Positions 63,905 through 64,000 of a stretch of DNA of 64,000 bases are shown here, piece after piece. Location of the stretch: assembly GCA_004022145.1 (NCBI GenBank), contig RCNU01000001.1. The stretch is one strand, 5' to 3'. Below the pieces are notes generated by a model. It was not told where the DNA came from and did no database searches. It worked only from the letters and a program-made list of their open reading frames with translations. This DNA is from Paecilomyces variotii (lineage: Eukaryota). Every line of letters starts with the position of its first letter. The stretch's first letter is position 1. A program made the translations under genes and the position numbers.

Positions 63905-64000
63905 TTACAGCTTAGCCTTGGCCAGGTTAGCCTTGAGTCTCTTCTCAACGGCAGCCATGTACTCCTTGGTGGTGACCCAGGCCTCACGCTCCTTGCGGCC
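63905..64000 (-). CDS. IDP1: NADP-dependent isocitrate dehydrogenase, 3' end only (gene runs out of the window)
   Basis: The reverse strand translates GRKEREAWVTTKEYMAAVEKRLKANLAKAKL*, matching the recalled C-terminus of Aspergillus NADP-IDH. Confidence 0.85.
   Translation of the reverse strand, partial: GRKEREAWVTTKEYMAAVEKRLKANLAKAKL

Overview
Eukaryotic DNA from a filamentous ascomycete of Aspergillus-like (Eurotiales) type, with short GT-AG introns and CTRAC/CTAAC branch points. Most of the window is a dense run of recognisable housekeeping genes: IPA1-like, a divergent TauD/JLP1 dioxygenase plus MFS pair, RPN12, DPH7, VPS51, RMI1, SKI3, a GH5 sterylglucosidase-like gene, MSN5, NDUFA13/GRIM-19, TRM10, VID27, OXR1, con-10, AMSH, MTF1, a kinase, an SRPBCC protein, an ALDH and the 3' end of NADP-IDH. 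Signals not explained by the protein genes: (1) a ~330-nt box H/ACA guide RNA in the 637-nt first intron of the IPA1-like gene, whose 5' pocket matches the U2 snRNA sequence next to the branch-site recognition region (snR81-like) and which has a long inserted stem and an orphan 3' pocket; (2) interlocking, pseudoknot-capable stems in intron 2 of NDUFA13; (3) a ~5.8-kb island (41.3-47.1 kb) of broken HNH nuclease, PD-(D/E)xK-like and PIF1 helicase fragments; (4) two long ORFs only 31 nt apart; (5) a putative spliced non-coding or small-ORF transcript behind a GATA cluster at 56.6-59 kb. All assignments come from reading motifs by eye; no database searches were run, and exon limits are inferred.
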